Source: Candidatus Parcubacteria bacterium
Lineage (GTDB): Bacteria; Patescibacteriota; Minisyncoccia; Phycocordibacterales; UBA2100
NCBI GenBank assembly: GCA_041168925.1
Contig: JBEEJY010000005.1
Coordinates: forward strand, 2,957-66,956
Direction: 5' to 3'
DNA length: 64,000 bases
Below the pieces are notes generated by a model, which was not told the DNA's origin, did no database searches, and worked only from the letters and a program-made list of their open reading frames with translations. The position numbers were made by a program, and so were the translations under genes. Shown here piece after piece: positions 35,991 to 45,449 of the stretch (its first letter is position 1; each line of letters begins with the position of its first letter).

Positions 35991-36374
35991 ATGAGTAAGC
36001 CATCCTGCCTATTTCTCAGCCGGAAAGACGACCGGAACGGCATCGCGAAGTTGCTTAAGAGCTTCGGCTATCGCGTCATGCTGACGACCTCGCCCAGCGA
36101 CGCTCTTGACGGCTTCCAGCGGGATATCTTCGACCTCGTTCTCATAGAGGAGGATCAGGACGCGCATCCCGGATGGGACTATGCGATCACGTTCGTGCAG
36201 ACACTTCCCGATCACCGCTCCAGGATCTTTCTCATGTGCAGCTCGCCGCACCCGCCAAACGTAGATCTGCGAAGGCATGGGATCGGGATTCTCATGCGGC
36301 CTTTCACGAAAATGACCGCGAGAGCACAGCTGCAAACAAATCATCTCATCGCGACCTTCATAGGTTCGTGGTAA
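35991..36374 (+). CDS. Degenerate single receiver-domain protein
   Basis: Receiver-like pattern LKSFGYRV..SPSDAL..FDLVLIE..MRPF; GGGAG SD. Confidence 0.6.
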   Translation: MSKPSCLFLSRKDDRNGIAKLLKSFGYRVMLTTSPSDALDGFQRDIFDLVLIEEDQDAHPGWDYAITFVQTLPDHRSRIFLMCSSPHPPNVDLRRHGIGILMRPFTKMTARAQLQTNHLIATFIGSW

Positions 36375-36532
36375 GAAAGACACGGCGGCGCCTTTGGCGC
36401 CGCCTTTGATTTCGACACGAAAATCGAGGTAAAGGAAGCCAATGGGCGGCCGTCTTTCCATACGGGATCATGAAATCTTCATCTCCCCTCGTGCGTAATA
36501 ATAAGGTGGATTAGCAGAGTAAGAATATCGCT

Positions 36533-37207
36533 ATGAAAATATTACTCGTGGAAGACGAACAAAAACTGGCCGATGCCCTGAAACGCGGGCTCGAACACCA
36601 GGGGTATACGGTCGATATCGTTGCGGACGGAAAAAAGGCGTTTACGCGCATCTCGCTGCATCGAAGCGATTATGATGTCGTGATCCTCGATCTCATGCTG
36701 CCCTCGATGGACGGCCTCGAGATCGCGAAGAAAGTGCGCGAGCAAAACGTCACTGTCCCCATCCTCGTGCTCACCGCCCGCGCGGAGACGGACACGAAGG
36801 TCCAACTCCTGCTTGCGGGCGCGGACGATTACCTCGTGAAGCCGTTTTCGTTTGCCGAACTCAACGCCCGTCTGCAGGCACTCTTGCGCCGGCCGAGCGA
36901 GGTCTTGCCGGAGAGTCTCATGATCGGAGACATCGAACTCAACCCCTCGCAGCGGCGCGCTACCCGCGACGGGAAGGAAATACCGCTTACACTGAAAGAA
37001 TTCGGTTTGCTCGAATACTTCATGCGCCACCCGGGTCAAGTCGTCAACCGGGAAGACTTGCTTAATCATCTATGGGATTTCAATTATGTCGGCTTTAGCA
37101 ACGTGGTTGACGTCCATGTCAAAAACCTTCGCAAAAAACTCGATGATACGGATGGCGGGCGGATACTTGAAACGGTTCGGGGAATTGGCTACCGTCTGGC
37201 TGCGTAG
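36533..37207 (+). CDS. OmpR/PhoB family response regulator
   Basis: ILLVEDE, ILDLMLP, GADDYLVKPF, VVDVHVKNLRKK, TVRGIGY. Confidence 0.96.
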   Translation: MKILLVEDEQKLADALKRGLEHQGYTVDIVADGKKAFTRISLHRSDYDVVILDLMLPSMDGLEIAKKVREQNVTVPILVLTARAETDTKVQLLLAGADDYLVKPFSFAELNARLQALLRRPSEVLPESLMIGDIELNPSQRRATRDGKEIPLTLKEFGLLEYFMRHPGQVVNREDLLNHLWDFNYVGFSNVVDVHVKNLRKKLDDTDGGRILETVRGIGYRLAA

Positions 37208-38270
37208 GTACCACGAAGATCCGTTCTTCCGCACCGAGGTCAACGTGATCGCACTGCAGATCGCCTTCGCGATAGCGATCATCGGATTAATCGGCGCATC
37301 GTTCAGCCTCATCAACCGCGACGTCGCCAACGCGATCCTCGCGGGCATGCAAACGAGCGCCAAGAGCTCGCCCGCAACCTTGAGCGTCAACATCGTCGAA
37401 GAGATCCAAAACATCCGCACGCAGAGCCTCGGCGGCGTCATCTTCGCGGTCGCGTTCATGACCTTGCTCTTCAGCTACCTCATCGCGCGGGTGACGCTCG
37501 CCCCCGCGCGAAGCGCTCTTACGTCGCAAAAGCAATTCATCGGCAATATCGCCCATGAGCTCCGGACCCCGCTTTCCGTCATCAAAACCAACACCGAAGT
37601 CGCGCTCCTCGAGAAAAACGCGGACGCCGAGGTGCGCAAGACGCTTGAGAGCAACGTCGAAGAGCTCGACCGCATCTCGGAGATAATCAACAACCTCCTT
37701 TCCCTCTCCGCGCTCGTGCGGCCGGAGCGCGTCGAATTCGGCGTGGTCGATCTCTCAAAGGTGGTCGACGAGTCGATGGCGAAATTCTCCCGCCTCGCGA
37801 AACGGGGTGAGCAAGAGATCACGGTGCGCAAAAGCCCGGGCACCGACGTATGGGGCAACGGCACGGCGCTGGTGCAGATCGTCGGCAATCTGCTGAAAAA
37901 CGCGATACAGTATTCCCGCCGCGGCGGGCACATCGGCATCACGCTCGAGCAGGCGCCAGAAAATATGGTGCAGCTGACGATCCAGGATTCAGGGATAGGG
38001 ATCGCGCGCCAGGATCTCTTCCGAATTTTCGAGCCTTTCTATCGTGCTGACCCATCGCGCACGCGCGGCCACGGCGGTTCGGGCCTTGGACTCACCATCG
38101 TCTCGGAACTAGTCAAAATGCACCGCGGAAGAATCTCGATCCGAAGCGCCATCGGACGCGGCACGACGGTAACGGTCCTGTTGCCCGGAGTCGACGGACA
38201 TCTTGAGAACAAAGGGACAGAGACAAAAAATACGCTCAATGAGATTCAGGTCGATTTCTCGGCCCGATGA
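37152..38270 (+). CDS. Sensor histidine kinase (start uncertain)
   Basis: Two TM, H-box AHELRTPL, N-box NLLKNAIQY, DSGIG, GGSGLGL. Confidence 0.93.
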   Translation: MAGGYLKRFGELATVWLRRYHEDPFFRTEVNVIALQIAFAIAIIGLIGASFSLINRDVANAILAGMQTSAKSSPATLSVNIVEEIQNIRTQSLGGVIFAVAFMTLLFSYLIARVTLAPARSALTSQKQFIGNIAHELRTPLSVIKTNTEVALLEKNADAEVRKTLESNVEELDRISEIINNLLSLSALVRPERVEFGVVDLSKVVDESMAKFSRLAKRGEQEITVRKSPGTDVWGNGTALVQIVGNLLKNAIQYSRRGGHIGITLEQAPENMVQLTIQDSGIGIARQDLFRIFEPFYRADPSRTRGHGGSGLGLTIVSELVKMHRGRISIRSAIGRGTTVTVLLPGVDGHLENKGTETKNTLNEIQVDFSAR

Positions 38271-38291
38271 GCGCCGTGCTACAATCGCGCC

Positions 38292-38891
38292 ATGCCCGTC
38301 CGCACGCCGAGGATCCGTACCGCTCTTCTCGCTTCATACGACAAAGACGATGCGCTTGTCCGGCTCGGCACGCTTTTGAGCGAACATGGCTGGACGCTGC
38401 TTGGCTCCTCCGGTACGGCAACCTATCTCGCGGAACACGGCATCAGGTGCCAAGACGTCACCGGAATCGTCGGCGCTCCGATACTCGGACACCGGGTGGT
38501 TACGCTTTCGCGTGAACTTTCGGCCGGACTGCTGGCGACAAACGCGGACGAGGCAGATCTCGCGCGACTTTCGATCCCGTGGATCGATCTTGTGTACGTA
38601 ACCTTCTATCCGCTGGAGCAGACGATCGCGGATCCGGCCTCCACGCCGGAAAACATCCTCGAGAAAACCGATATCGGCGGCCCGACGCTTTTGAGGGCGG
38701 CGGCCAAAGGCCGCCGCATCGCGCTCTCCTCACCCGCGCAGATAGATGAGCTCGAAGCATGGATGAAAAGCGGCGAAGACGCGAATGCCGGTTTCAAACT
38801 GGTCCTCAAATTCGCCGCGGCCGCCGAGCGTAAAGTCGCAGACTACGTAGCTGCCTCCGCCTCGTATTGGGAAAAACAGCTCCAAAAGTAG
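38292..38891 (+). CDS. Stand-alone IMP cyclohydrolase-like (PurH N-terminal, MGS-like) domain
   Basis: ALLASYDK, GSSGTA, RVVTL, FYPL, EKTDIGGPTLLRAAAK; no transformylase domain. Confidence 0.8.
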   Translation: MPVRTPRIRTALLASYDKDDALVRLGTLLSEHGWTLLGSSGTATYLAEHGIRCQDVTGIVGAPILGHRVVTLSRELSAGLLATNADEADLARLSIPWIDLVYVTFYPLEQTIADPASTPENILEKTDIGGPTLLRAAAKGRRIALSSPAQIDELEAWMKSGEDANAGFKLVLKFAAAAERKVADYVAASASYWEKQLQK

Positions 38892-38892
38892 C

Positions 38893-39624
38893 ATGCCGAA
38901 TACAAAGCACGTTTTCTTCGATCTCGATAATACGCTGACGCCGAGTCGCCAGCCGATGAAGCGCGAACACGGCGAGCTCTTTGCGCGCTTATGCGAACAA
39001 AAGGACGTTGTCGCGGTCTCCGGTCAAGAGCTCAAATCGTTTCATTCCCAGCTTCCCGCTGCGGCGGCAGGGCGATATTACGTCCTCGCGCAGGTCGGCA
39101 ATCACGCCTACGCAAAAGACGGATCGACGCTCTGGGAAGAAAAGCCGAACGCCGAACAAACCGATCTCGTGCTTGCGTTTATCAGGAAATTGCGGCAGGC
39201 TTATCCGCGAGAAATCAGGGATGAAAACGATATCGTCGAGTTGCGCGGCAGCCTCATCGGTTACAGTCTCATCGGGCATCACGAAGACCCTGTGAAAAAG
39301 GCGGCGCTCGATCCGGGAAGCGTCGGGCGCAAGAAAATGCTCGCCGCGTTTGGGGACGACGTGAAGCGGCTCCATGACGCGGGGATCGACGTCACGCCGG
39401 CCGGCACGACGACTATTGAATTCTTCCTGGCGGGCAAAAACAAAGGGTTCAACATCAAACGCCTGCTGGCGCATGAAAGATGGAGAGCCGACGAGTCGCT
39501 CTACATCGGCGACGAGCTCGAACCTGGTCGCAACGATGAATCCGTCATCGGGATAGTACCGACGCATGCGGTGAGAAATCCCGACGAGACTTTTGACTTC
39601 ATCAAGAATAACTTGCTATCCTAG
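38893..39624 (+). CDS. HAD-IIB hydrolase (PMM/Cof-like)
   Basis: FFDLDNTLTPSR, VSG, GTTTIE, NKG, YIGDELEPGRND. Confidence 0.88.
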   Translation: MPNTKHVFFDLDNTLTPSRQPMKREHGELFARLCEQKDVVAVSGQELKSFHSQLPAAAAGRYYVLAQVGNHAYAKDGSTLWEEKPNAEQTDLVLAFIRKLRQAYPREIRDENDIVELRGSLIGYSLIGHHEDPVKKAALDPGSVGRKKMLAAFGDDVKRLHDAGIDVTPAGTTTIEFFLAGKNKGFNIKRLLAHERWRADESLYIGDELEPGRNDESVIGIVPTHAVRNPDETFDFIKNNLLS

Positions 39625-39637
39625 TACATTCATTCGC

Positions 39638-40396
39638 ATGAACGCACTCACGATCCGCGATCTTAAAAAGACGTACCGCAACGGCGTCGAGGCGCTGAAA
39701 GGGGTCTCCCTCGACATACCGGAAGGAGATTTCTTCGCTCTTCTCGGGCCCAACGGCGCGGGAAAGACGACCATCATCGGCATCGCGACCGGGCTCGTGA
39801 CGAAAACAGGCGGAGCGGTATCGGTCTTCGGCTATGACATCGACAAACAGCCGGAAAAAGCGAAGACGATGATGGGTCTCGTCGGCCAGGAAATTAATTT
39901 CAATCCGTTCGAAAAACCGCTCGATACGGTCGTTAATCAGGCCGGCTACTATGGCATCCCGCGATCGGTCGCCCTCCCGAGAGCAAAAAAGCTTCTCCAA
40001 GATCTCGGACTCGGCGACAAAATGGAGGAGAGCGGTATGACACTCTCCGGCGGCATGAAGCGCCGCCTCATGATCGCGCGGGCCCTCGTCAACGAACCTC
40101 GGTTTCTCATTCTTGATGAGCCGACGGCCGGAGTCGATGTGGAGCTGCGCCGCGGCATGTGGGAGTATCTGCGCGGACTCACCGCGAAAGGACTGACGAT
40201 ACTTTTAACTACGCACTACCTCGAAGAAGCCGAACAGCTAGCCTCGCACGTCGCCATTATCAACAAGGGTCAAATAGTCGCCAACGGCTCAATGCAGGAT
40301 ATTCTCGCGATGCACACCGACTCCGGCGAAGCGAAGGAGGGCTATCGCGGCAGCAAGCTTGAGGAAGTATTCTTAAACCTCATAAAAGAAAAGTAG
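39638..40396 (+). CDS. ABC transporter ATP-binding protein (YadG-like)
   Basis: GPNGAGKT, LSGGMKRR, ILDEPTAGVD, TTHY. Confidence 0.95.
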   Translation: MNALTIRDLKKTYRNGVEALKGVSLDIPEGDFFALLGPNGAGKTTIIGIATGLVTKTGGAVSVFGYDIDKQPEKAKTMMGLVGQEINFNPFEKPLDTVVNQAGYYGIPRSVALPRAKKLLQDLGLGDKMEESGMTLSGGMKRRLMIARALVNEPRFLILDEPTAGVDVELRRGMWEYLRGLTAKGLTILLTTHYLEEAEQLASHVAIINKGQIVANGSMQDILAMHTDSGEAKEGYRGSKLEEVFLNLIKEK

Positions 40397-40397
40397 T

Positions 40398-41180
40398 ATG
40401 AACGCTTCGGAGCTCTGGACCGCCTACTATACGATGCTGCGCAAAGACATCGTGCGGCTCTTTCGGATATGGGTGCAAACCTTCCTTCCGAGTGTTATCA
40501 CCTCTTGTCTGTATTTCCTCATTTTCGGCACCGTGCTCGGCAGCCGTATCGGGCAAATGCAAGGCGTGGACTATATGACCTTCGTCGTGCCAGGGCTTGT
40601 GATGCTCGCGATCGTCACCAATGCCTATTCCAACAGCTCGTTCACCTTTTTCCAATCGAAATTTTTCATGCGCTCGATCGATGAAATGCTCGTTTCCCCG
40701 ATGCCGCCGTGGCTCATGATCGGCGGTTTTATCTCGGGCGGCGTCATCCGCGGCGTGCTCGTCGGAGCGCTCGTGCTTCTGATATCGGTTTTCTTCACCG
40801 GCCTGCATCTCTCGATCTGGAATCTCGGAATCATCCTTCTCTTCGCAATCCTGACCGCGCTTGTCTTCGCGCTCGCCGGCCTCGTGAACGGCGTGTATGC
40901 AAAGACGATCGACGGGATCAACATCGTGCCGACCTTTGTCTTGACGCCGATGGTGTATCTCGGCGGCGTGTTTTATTCGATCCATTCGCTGCCGCAAGCG
41001 GCGCAGTACGTGACCTTCGTCAATCCCGTTTTTTACCTCATCAACGGCTTTCGCTACGGTTTCCTCGGTATCGCCGATATTCCGCTTTGGATATGCCTTG
41101 CGGTCCTCCTCGCGATGATCGGAGCGCTCGTCGCGATCAACTGGTACCTGATACGTACCGGTCTTGGATTGAAACAATAA
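40398..41180 (+). CDS. ABC-2 permease (YadH-like)
   Basis: RIWVQT, FVVPGL, LTPMVYLGGVFYS, NPVFYLINGFRYGF. Confidence 0.95.
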   Translation: MNASELWTAYYTMLRKDIVRLFRIWVQTFLPSVITSCLYFLIFGTVLGSRIGQMQGVDYMTFVVPGLVMLAIVTNAYSNSSFTFFQSKFFMRSIDEMLVSPMPPWLMIGGFISGGVIRGVLVGALVLLISVFFTGLHLSIWNLGIILLFAILTALVFALAGLVNGVYAKTIDGINIVPTFVLTPMVYLGGVFYSIHSLPQAAQYVTFVNPVFYLINGFRYGFLGIADIPLWICLAVLLAMIGALVAINWYLIRTGLGLKQ

Positions 41181-41184
41181 AACG

Positions 41185-41214
41185 AACATCCCGCCGTCTC
41201 GGCGGGATGTTTTC
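41185..41214. terminator. Terminator hairpin between convergent genes
   Basis: AACATCCCGCC-GTCTC-GGCGGGATGTT-TTC. Confidence 0.75.
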
Positions 41215-41226
41215 TATCGGCGCGGC

Positions 41227-41898
41227 TTATTGCGTTTTGAATGTGTTGCCGATGCCGTACTGGACGTTGCCTGAAGCGTCGACGGATTGCAGCACGTAGT
41301 GATAGGTCGTGTTTGGCTGCAAGCCGCTGATGGTCACATTGCCCTGAGTGTTGAATCCGCTACTGAGTGCGCTTGGCGCACTCGCATAGAGGAAGGGCCA
41401 CGAGGTTCCGTAGAGCACGCTGTTGTTCGCGGGCTCGTTCGTGCTCCAGCTGATGTTCGCGTAGGTGTTGCCGATCGTAGCCGCCGGAAGCGTCAAGACG
41501 GGAGCGAAGAGATCCGCGCCCGAAGGAGAACCCGTCGGAGGCAGGTTGACCGCGCCCTGCAAGAGCTGAATTTTCGCGAGCGTCTGCGGACCGACGCGCC
41601 CGTAGCCAGTAGTCGCGACATCGCCGCTGCAGACGATATCGTACTTGCACTGAAATCGCTGCACTGCGGCGACCGTCAGATCGCCGTAGAAGCCGGTCAC
41701 GAGCCCTTCCGGATAGACCGAAGAGTCCATTGCGAGAAACGTCTGAAGCTCGGAGACGCCGGCATCGTTATCGCCCGGTTCCATCGTAGAGACGATGAGA
41801 GCGCTCGCGACACTGGCACTGATAATGAACGTGGCGATGACGGCCGCAGCAGCGCTGATCATGCCCGTTGTTAGATTGAGTCTATTCTTCATACTCAT
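41227..41898 (-). CDS. Exported peptidoglycan-binding plus FN3-like domain protein
   Basis: Signal peptide; VSELQTFL..TGFYGDLTVAAVQRFQ..GRVGPQT; ISWSTNEP..GLQPNTTYHY. Confidence 0.88.
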   Translation of the reverse strand: MSMKNRLNLTTGMISAAAAVIATFIISASVASALIVSTMEPGDNDAGVSELQTFLAMDSSVYPEGLVTGFYGDLTVAAVQRFQCKYDIVCSGDVATTGYGRVGPQTLAKIQLLQGAVNLPPTGSPSGADLFAPVLTLPAATIGNTYANISWSTNEPANNSVLYGTSWPFLYASAPSALSSGFNTQGNVTISGLQPNTTYHYVLQSVDASGNVQYGIGNTFKTQ

Positions 41899-41941
41899 GC
41901 GCTATCGGCTCGTTATGGTAATCGCCGTCTAGCAGTATGAA

Positions 41942-41967
41942 GACGCGCCGGCGCAGGAAGCGCTTAC
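41942..41967 (-). promoter_or_regulatory. Putative ECF-sigma promoter GTAA-N18-CGTC
   Basis: Minus strand GTAAGCGCTTCCTGCGCCGGCGCGTCT, same layout as site at 8546-8570. Confidence 0.45.
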
Positions 41968-42000
41968 CGCGGCGCCCATTCTCCTTCATCCGGGATTCAT

Positions 42001-43410
42001 TCAGGAACCCTCGGCTATCTTTTGAGCAATACCGACATAGGCCTCGGGCCGCAGCACTTTCAGCTTCGCTTTGACGTCGTCCGCGATGGAAAGCGCATCG
42101 ATGAATTTCGCGAAATCTTCGAGCGACACTTTCCTGCCCCGCGTGAGCGCTTTCATTTGCTCGTACGGGATCGCCACGCCTGCTTTGCGAAGTACCGTCT
42201 GGATCGCTTCGGCCAAAACCTCCGGATGCGCCTGCAGCGATTCGCGCATCGCTTCCGCATTGACACCGATCTTGTCGAACCCTTGCGTGAGCGATCGATA
42301 TGCGATGAGGGAGTGCGCGAACGCGCTCCCGATCGCCCGCAGCACAGTCGAATCGGAGAGGTCGCGCTGCAAGCGCGAAACCGGGAGCTTGCGCGAGAAA
42401 TGTTCGAAAAGCGCGTTCGCGATGCCAAGATTGCCTTCGGCGTTCTCGAAATCAATCGGGTTCACTTTGTGAGGCATCGCGGACGAGCCTATCTCCCCTT
42501 CTTTCGCGCTCTGAGTCAGCCAGCCGTCAGAAATATAGCGCCAGATATCCTGCGAGAGATCGAGGAGTATCGTATTGACGCGGCGCACATTGTCGAAAAG
42601 CTCGGCGTAGGTATCGTGCGGCTCGATCTGCGTCGTCGTACGGTTGAGCTCGATCGGCACTCGATACCCTTCATTGAGGCGCGCAACGAGATTGTCGGCA
42701 AACTTCGGCCAGTTGATCTCCGGGAGGGCGACAACGTGCGCGTTGTAATTGCCGGTTGCACCTGCGAACTTTACGAGCACGGGACGCGTGACAAGTTGTT
42801 CGAGCTGCCGCGCGAGCCGCTGTTCGAAGACCCGCATCTCCTTGCCGAAGGTCGTCGGGCTCGCGGGCTGCCCGTGCGTGCGCGCAAGCATCGGCGTCGC
42901 GGAGAAACTTCGCGCAAGAGCGTCAAGCGCTCGGCGGACTTCTTCGATGGCCACGAAGACAACAGATTGGACGGCAGACCGCAGCGCGAGACCATAAGCG
43001 ATGCTATTGATGTCTTCTGACGTGAGCGCAAAATGCGTCCACTCCGCGACATCCCGAAGCGACGTGCTTGCGAGTCTCCTCTTGATGAAATACTCGACCG
43101 CTTTGACGTCGTGATTGGTCGCGGGGATGTTTTCGTAGCCCACGCGCTCGATTTTTTTGACTATCTCCGCTTCTTCAAGCGAAATATTCGGCAGTTGGCG
43201 CAGCAGCGTCTTTTCTTCGGCCGTAAGAACGCGCATGCCGACTCCGGGAGCCGCTGATAGCGCGATCAGATATTCGCATTCGACGAGCAATCGCTTGCGC
43301 ATCAGCCCGTATTCGCTGAAATACTCCGAAAGCTCGACCGATCGCGCATGATAGCGGCCGTCGACTGCGCTCACGGCGGTGAGCGCAGTGAGCGGCACGT
43401 TGTTTCTCAT
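42001..43410 (-). CDS. purB: Adenylosuccinate lyase
   Basis: DGRY, TNHDVKAVEY, ARTHGQPA, GSSAMPHKVNPIDFENAEGN, SRLQRDLSDS. Confidence 0.96.
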   Translation of the reverse strand: MRNNVPLTALTAVSAVDGRYHARSVELSEYFSEYGLMRKRLLVECEYLIALSAAPGVGMRVLTAEEKTLLRQLPNISLEEAEIVKKIERVGYENIPATNHDVKAVEYFIKRRLASTSLRDVAEWTHFALTSEDINSIAYGLALRSAVQSVVFVAIEEVRRALDALARSFSATPMLARTHGQPASPTTFGKEMRVFEQRLARQLEQLVTRPVLVKFAGATGNYNAHVVALPEINWPKFADNLVARLNEGYRVPIELNRTTTQIEPHDTYAELFDNVRRVNTILLDLSQDIWRYISDGWLTQSAKEGEIGSSAMPHKVNPIDFENAEGNLGIANALFEHFSRKLPVSRLQRDLSDSTVLRAIGSAFAHSLIAYRSLTQGFDKIGVNAEAMRESLQAHPEVLAEAIQTVLRKAGVAIPYEQMKALTRGRKVSLEDFAKFIDALSIADDVKAKLKVLRPEAYVGIAQKIAEGS

Positions 43411-43411
43411 G

Positions 43412-44347
43412 TCATCCGACATAGGCTCTGATGTTCTTCTCGATTCGCGCGAGCACGGGCTCTTCGCCGGGCACGAAGCGCCGGTCCGTGATCTGCTCGT
43501 ACATTGTGACATACCGGCGAGACATCTCCTCGATCATATCCGCCGGGGCGTCGGGAAGCGTCGTATCCTTGTACGGATCGCTGTGTTCCTTAAACCACAA
43601 ACGCAGGAATTCTTTGTCGAAGTACTCGGGCTCTTGCCCGGCTGCGATGCGCTCCTCGAAACTCGCGAGCTGCCAATAACGCGAGGAATCCGGCGTGTGA
43701 ATCTCATCGATGAGCACGAGCGCGCCTTTCTCGTCGGTGCCGAATTCGTACTTCGTATCGACAAGAATGAGACCGTTTTTCGCCGCCAGTTCCTGTCCGC
43801 GCAAGAAGAGTCTCGTTGCCGCCGCCTTCACGCTTTCGAACAATTCCCGCGTGATGAGATTCTCCGCGATCATCTGCTCCGGCGTGATGGCGCGATCGTG
43901 TCCTTCTTCTTTTGTCGTCGGATCGAATACCGGCGAAGGGAGCTTCGCGTTTTTCTTAAGCCCGTCCGGCAAGGTGAGATCGCCGAACCGCCGCTCTCCT
44001 TTTTGGTACCTCGTCCAGATCGAGGTGTCGGTAACACCGGTGAGGTATCCGCGCATAACCGCCTCGATTGGCACTGTCTTCATCTTCCTGCCGACCATCA
44101 CGTTCGGATCCGGCACAGCGAGCATGTGATTCGGCACGATGTCTTTTGTCTGCTCAAACCACCAGCCGCTTACCTGATTGAGCACCTGTCCCTTCCACGG
44201 GACGTGGGCGATGATGCGATCGAACGACGAGTGTCGATCCGTCGCAATGAGGAATATCTTGTCGCCCGCGTCGTAGATATCGCGCACCTTGCCGGTTTTC
44301 TTCTTGCCAAGAAAATCAAAGTTCGTTTCTTTCAGCACCTGCGTCAT
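43412..44347 (-). CDS. purC: SAICAR synthetase
   Basis: GKVRDIY, TDRHSSFD, RGYLTG, LVDTKYEFG, DEIHTPDSSRYW, DKEFLR. Confidence 0.96.
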   Translation of the reverse strand: MTQVLKETNFDFLGKKKTGKVRDIYDAGDKIFLIATDRHSSFDRIIAHVPWKGQVLNQVSGWWFEQTKDIVPNHMLAVPDPNVMVGRKMKTVPIEAVMRGYLTGVTDTSIWTRYQKGERRFGDLTLPDGLKKNAKLPSPVFDPTTKEEGHDRAITPEQMIAENLITRELFESVKAAATRLFLRGQELAAKNGLILVDTKYEFGTDEKGALVLIDEIHTPDSSRYWQLASFEERIAAGQEPEYFDKEFLRLWFKEHSDPYKDTTLPDAPADMIEEMSRRYVTMYEQITDRRFVPGEEPVLARIEKNIRAYVG

Positions 44348-44353
44348 ACATCG

Positions 44354-45403
44354 CTACTCCCATTGCAATTCGCCGATAAACGCGACCTCTTTCGCGCCGG
44401 GCACGATCGTCCCGATCTCGTACGCTTCCACTCCATTTGTCTTGAGATGCGTGATGGCCTCGTCGGCGAAGCCCTTTCTCACAACCGCAGTCATGCCAAC
44501 ACCCATATTGAAGGTGCGCAGCATATCCGCATCATCGAGTCCCCCGAATTGCTTCAGGGTCTTGAAGATCGGCAGGATCCTGACCTTCGAGAGGTCGACC
44601 GCCGCGGCAAGTGATCGCGGGAGAATGCGATTTAAGTTTTCCTTGACCCCGCCTCCCGTGATGTGCGCCAGTCCCGCAAGTCCGCCGTGTCCGAATAAAT
44701 CCTTGAGCGCCAGGTAATAGGCCCGGTGCGGCGTGAGCAGAGTTTCGATCAACGGTTTTCCCGCTACCGATTCTTTCATTATTTCCGGCGACGATTCGAG
44801 AATCTTCCGCACCAGGGTAAAGCCGCTGGTATGAACTCCGCTCGAGGCAAGGGCGAGAACCGTATCGCCTTCTTGTATCTTCGAGCCATCGATGATGAGC
44901 GATTTCTCGACGACTCCGACGACGCTGGCCGTCAAGACATACGTACCCTCAGGAATGGTGCCGGGCTGCCATGATGTTTCCCCGCCTGTCAGTGTGCATG
45001 CGTTGTTTTTCGCGGCTTCGGCAAAAGCATTCACCATCCGGACAACCGCATCCTTTTCGACTTTGCCGCAAACGATGCAGTCTTGGATTGAAAGCGGCTT
45101 TGCGCCCATGACGATGCAATCGTTCACGAGGTGATTGATGAGATCGTGACACACGGTCTCGTGACTGCCGTGTTGGAACGCGAGGAGTTGCTTGGTGCCC
45201 GGCTCTTCGGTCTTGAGTACAAGCACCGGATGTTTGTATTCCGGAAAATGCCCGTCGTACAAACTCGCGAAGGCGCCGATTTTGTTGAGGACGCGCGGAT
45301 CGCTCGTTTCGAGCGCGCTTGCCATCTCCTCTTTCGTCTCATTCTCCGTATCACGGTCTACCCCGGCGCGCGCATACGCATTTTGTCGCGATCTTATTGA
45401 CAT
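44354..45403 (-). CDS. purM: AIR synthetase
   Basis: YARAGVD, GGET, SSGVHTSGF, AHITGGG, RTFNMGVGM. Confidence 0.95.
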   Translation of the reverse strand: MSIRSRQNAYARAGVDRDTENETKEEMASALETSDPRVLNKIGAFASLYDGHFPEYKHPVLVLKTEEPGTKQLLAFQHGSHETVCHDLINHLVNDCIVMGAKPLSIQDCIVCGKVEKDAVVRMVNAFAEAAKNNACTLTGGETSWQPGTIPEGTYVLTASVVGVVEKSLIIDGSKIQEGDTVLALASSGVHTSGFTLVRKILESSPEIMKESVAGKPLIETLLTPHRAYYLALKDLFGHGGLAGLAHITGGGVKENLNRILPRSLAAAVDLSKVRILPIFKTLKQFGGLDDADMLRTFNMGVGMTAVVRKGFADEAITHLKTNGVEAYEIGTIVPGAKEVAFIGELQWE

Positions 45404-45449
45404 ATAAGCATATCATGTCCCTGTCGTGCAGGTTTAACTTGCACGACAA

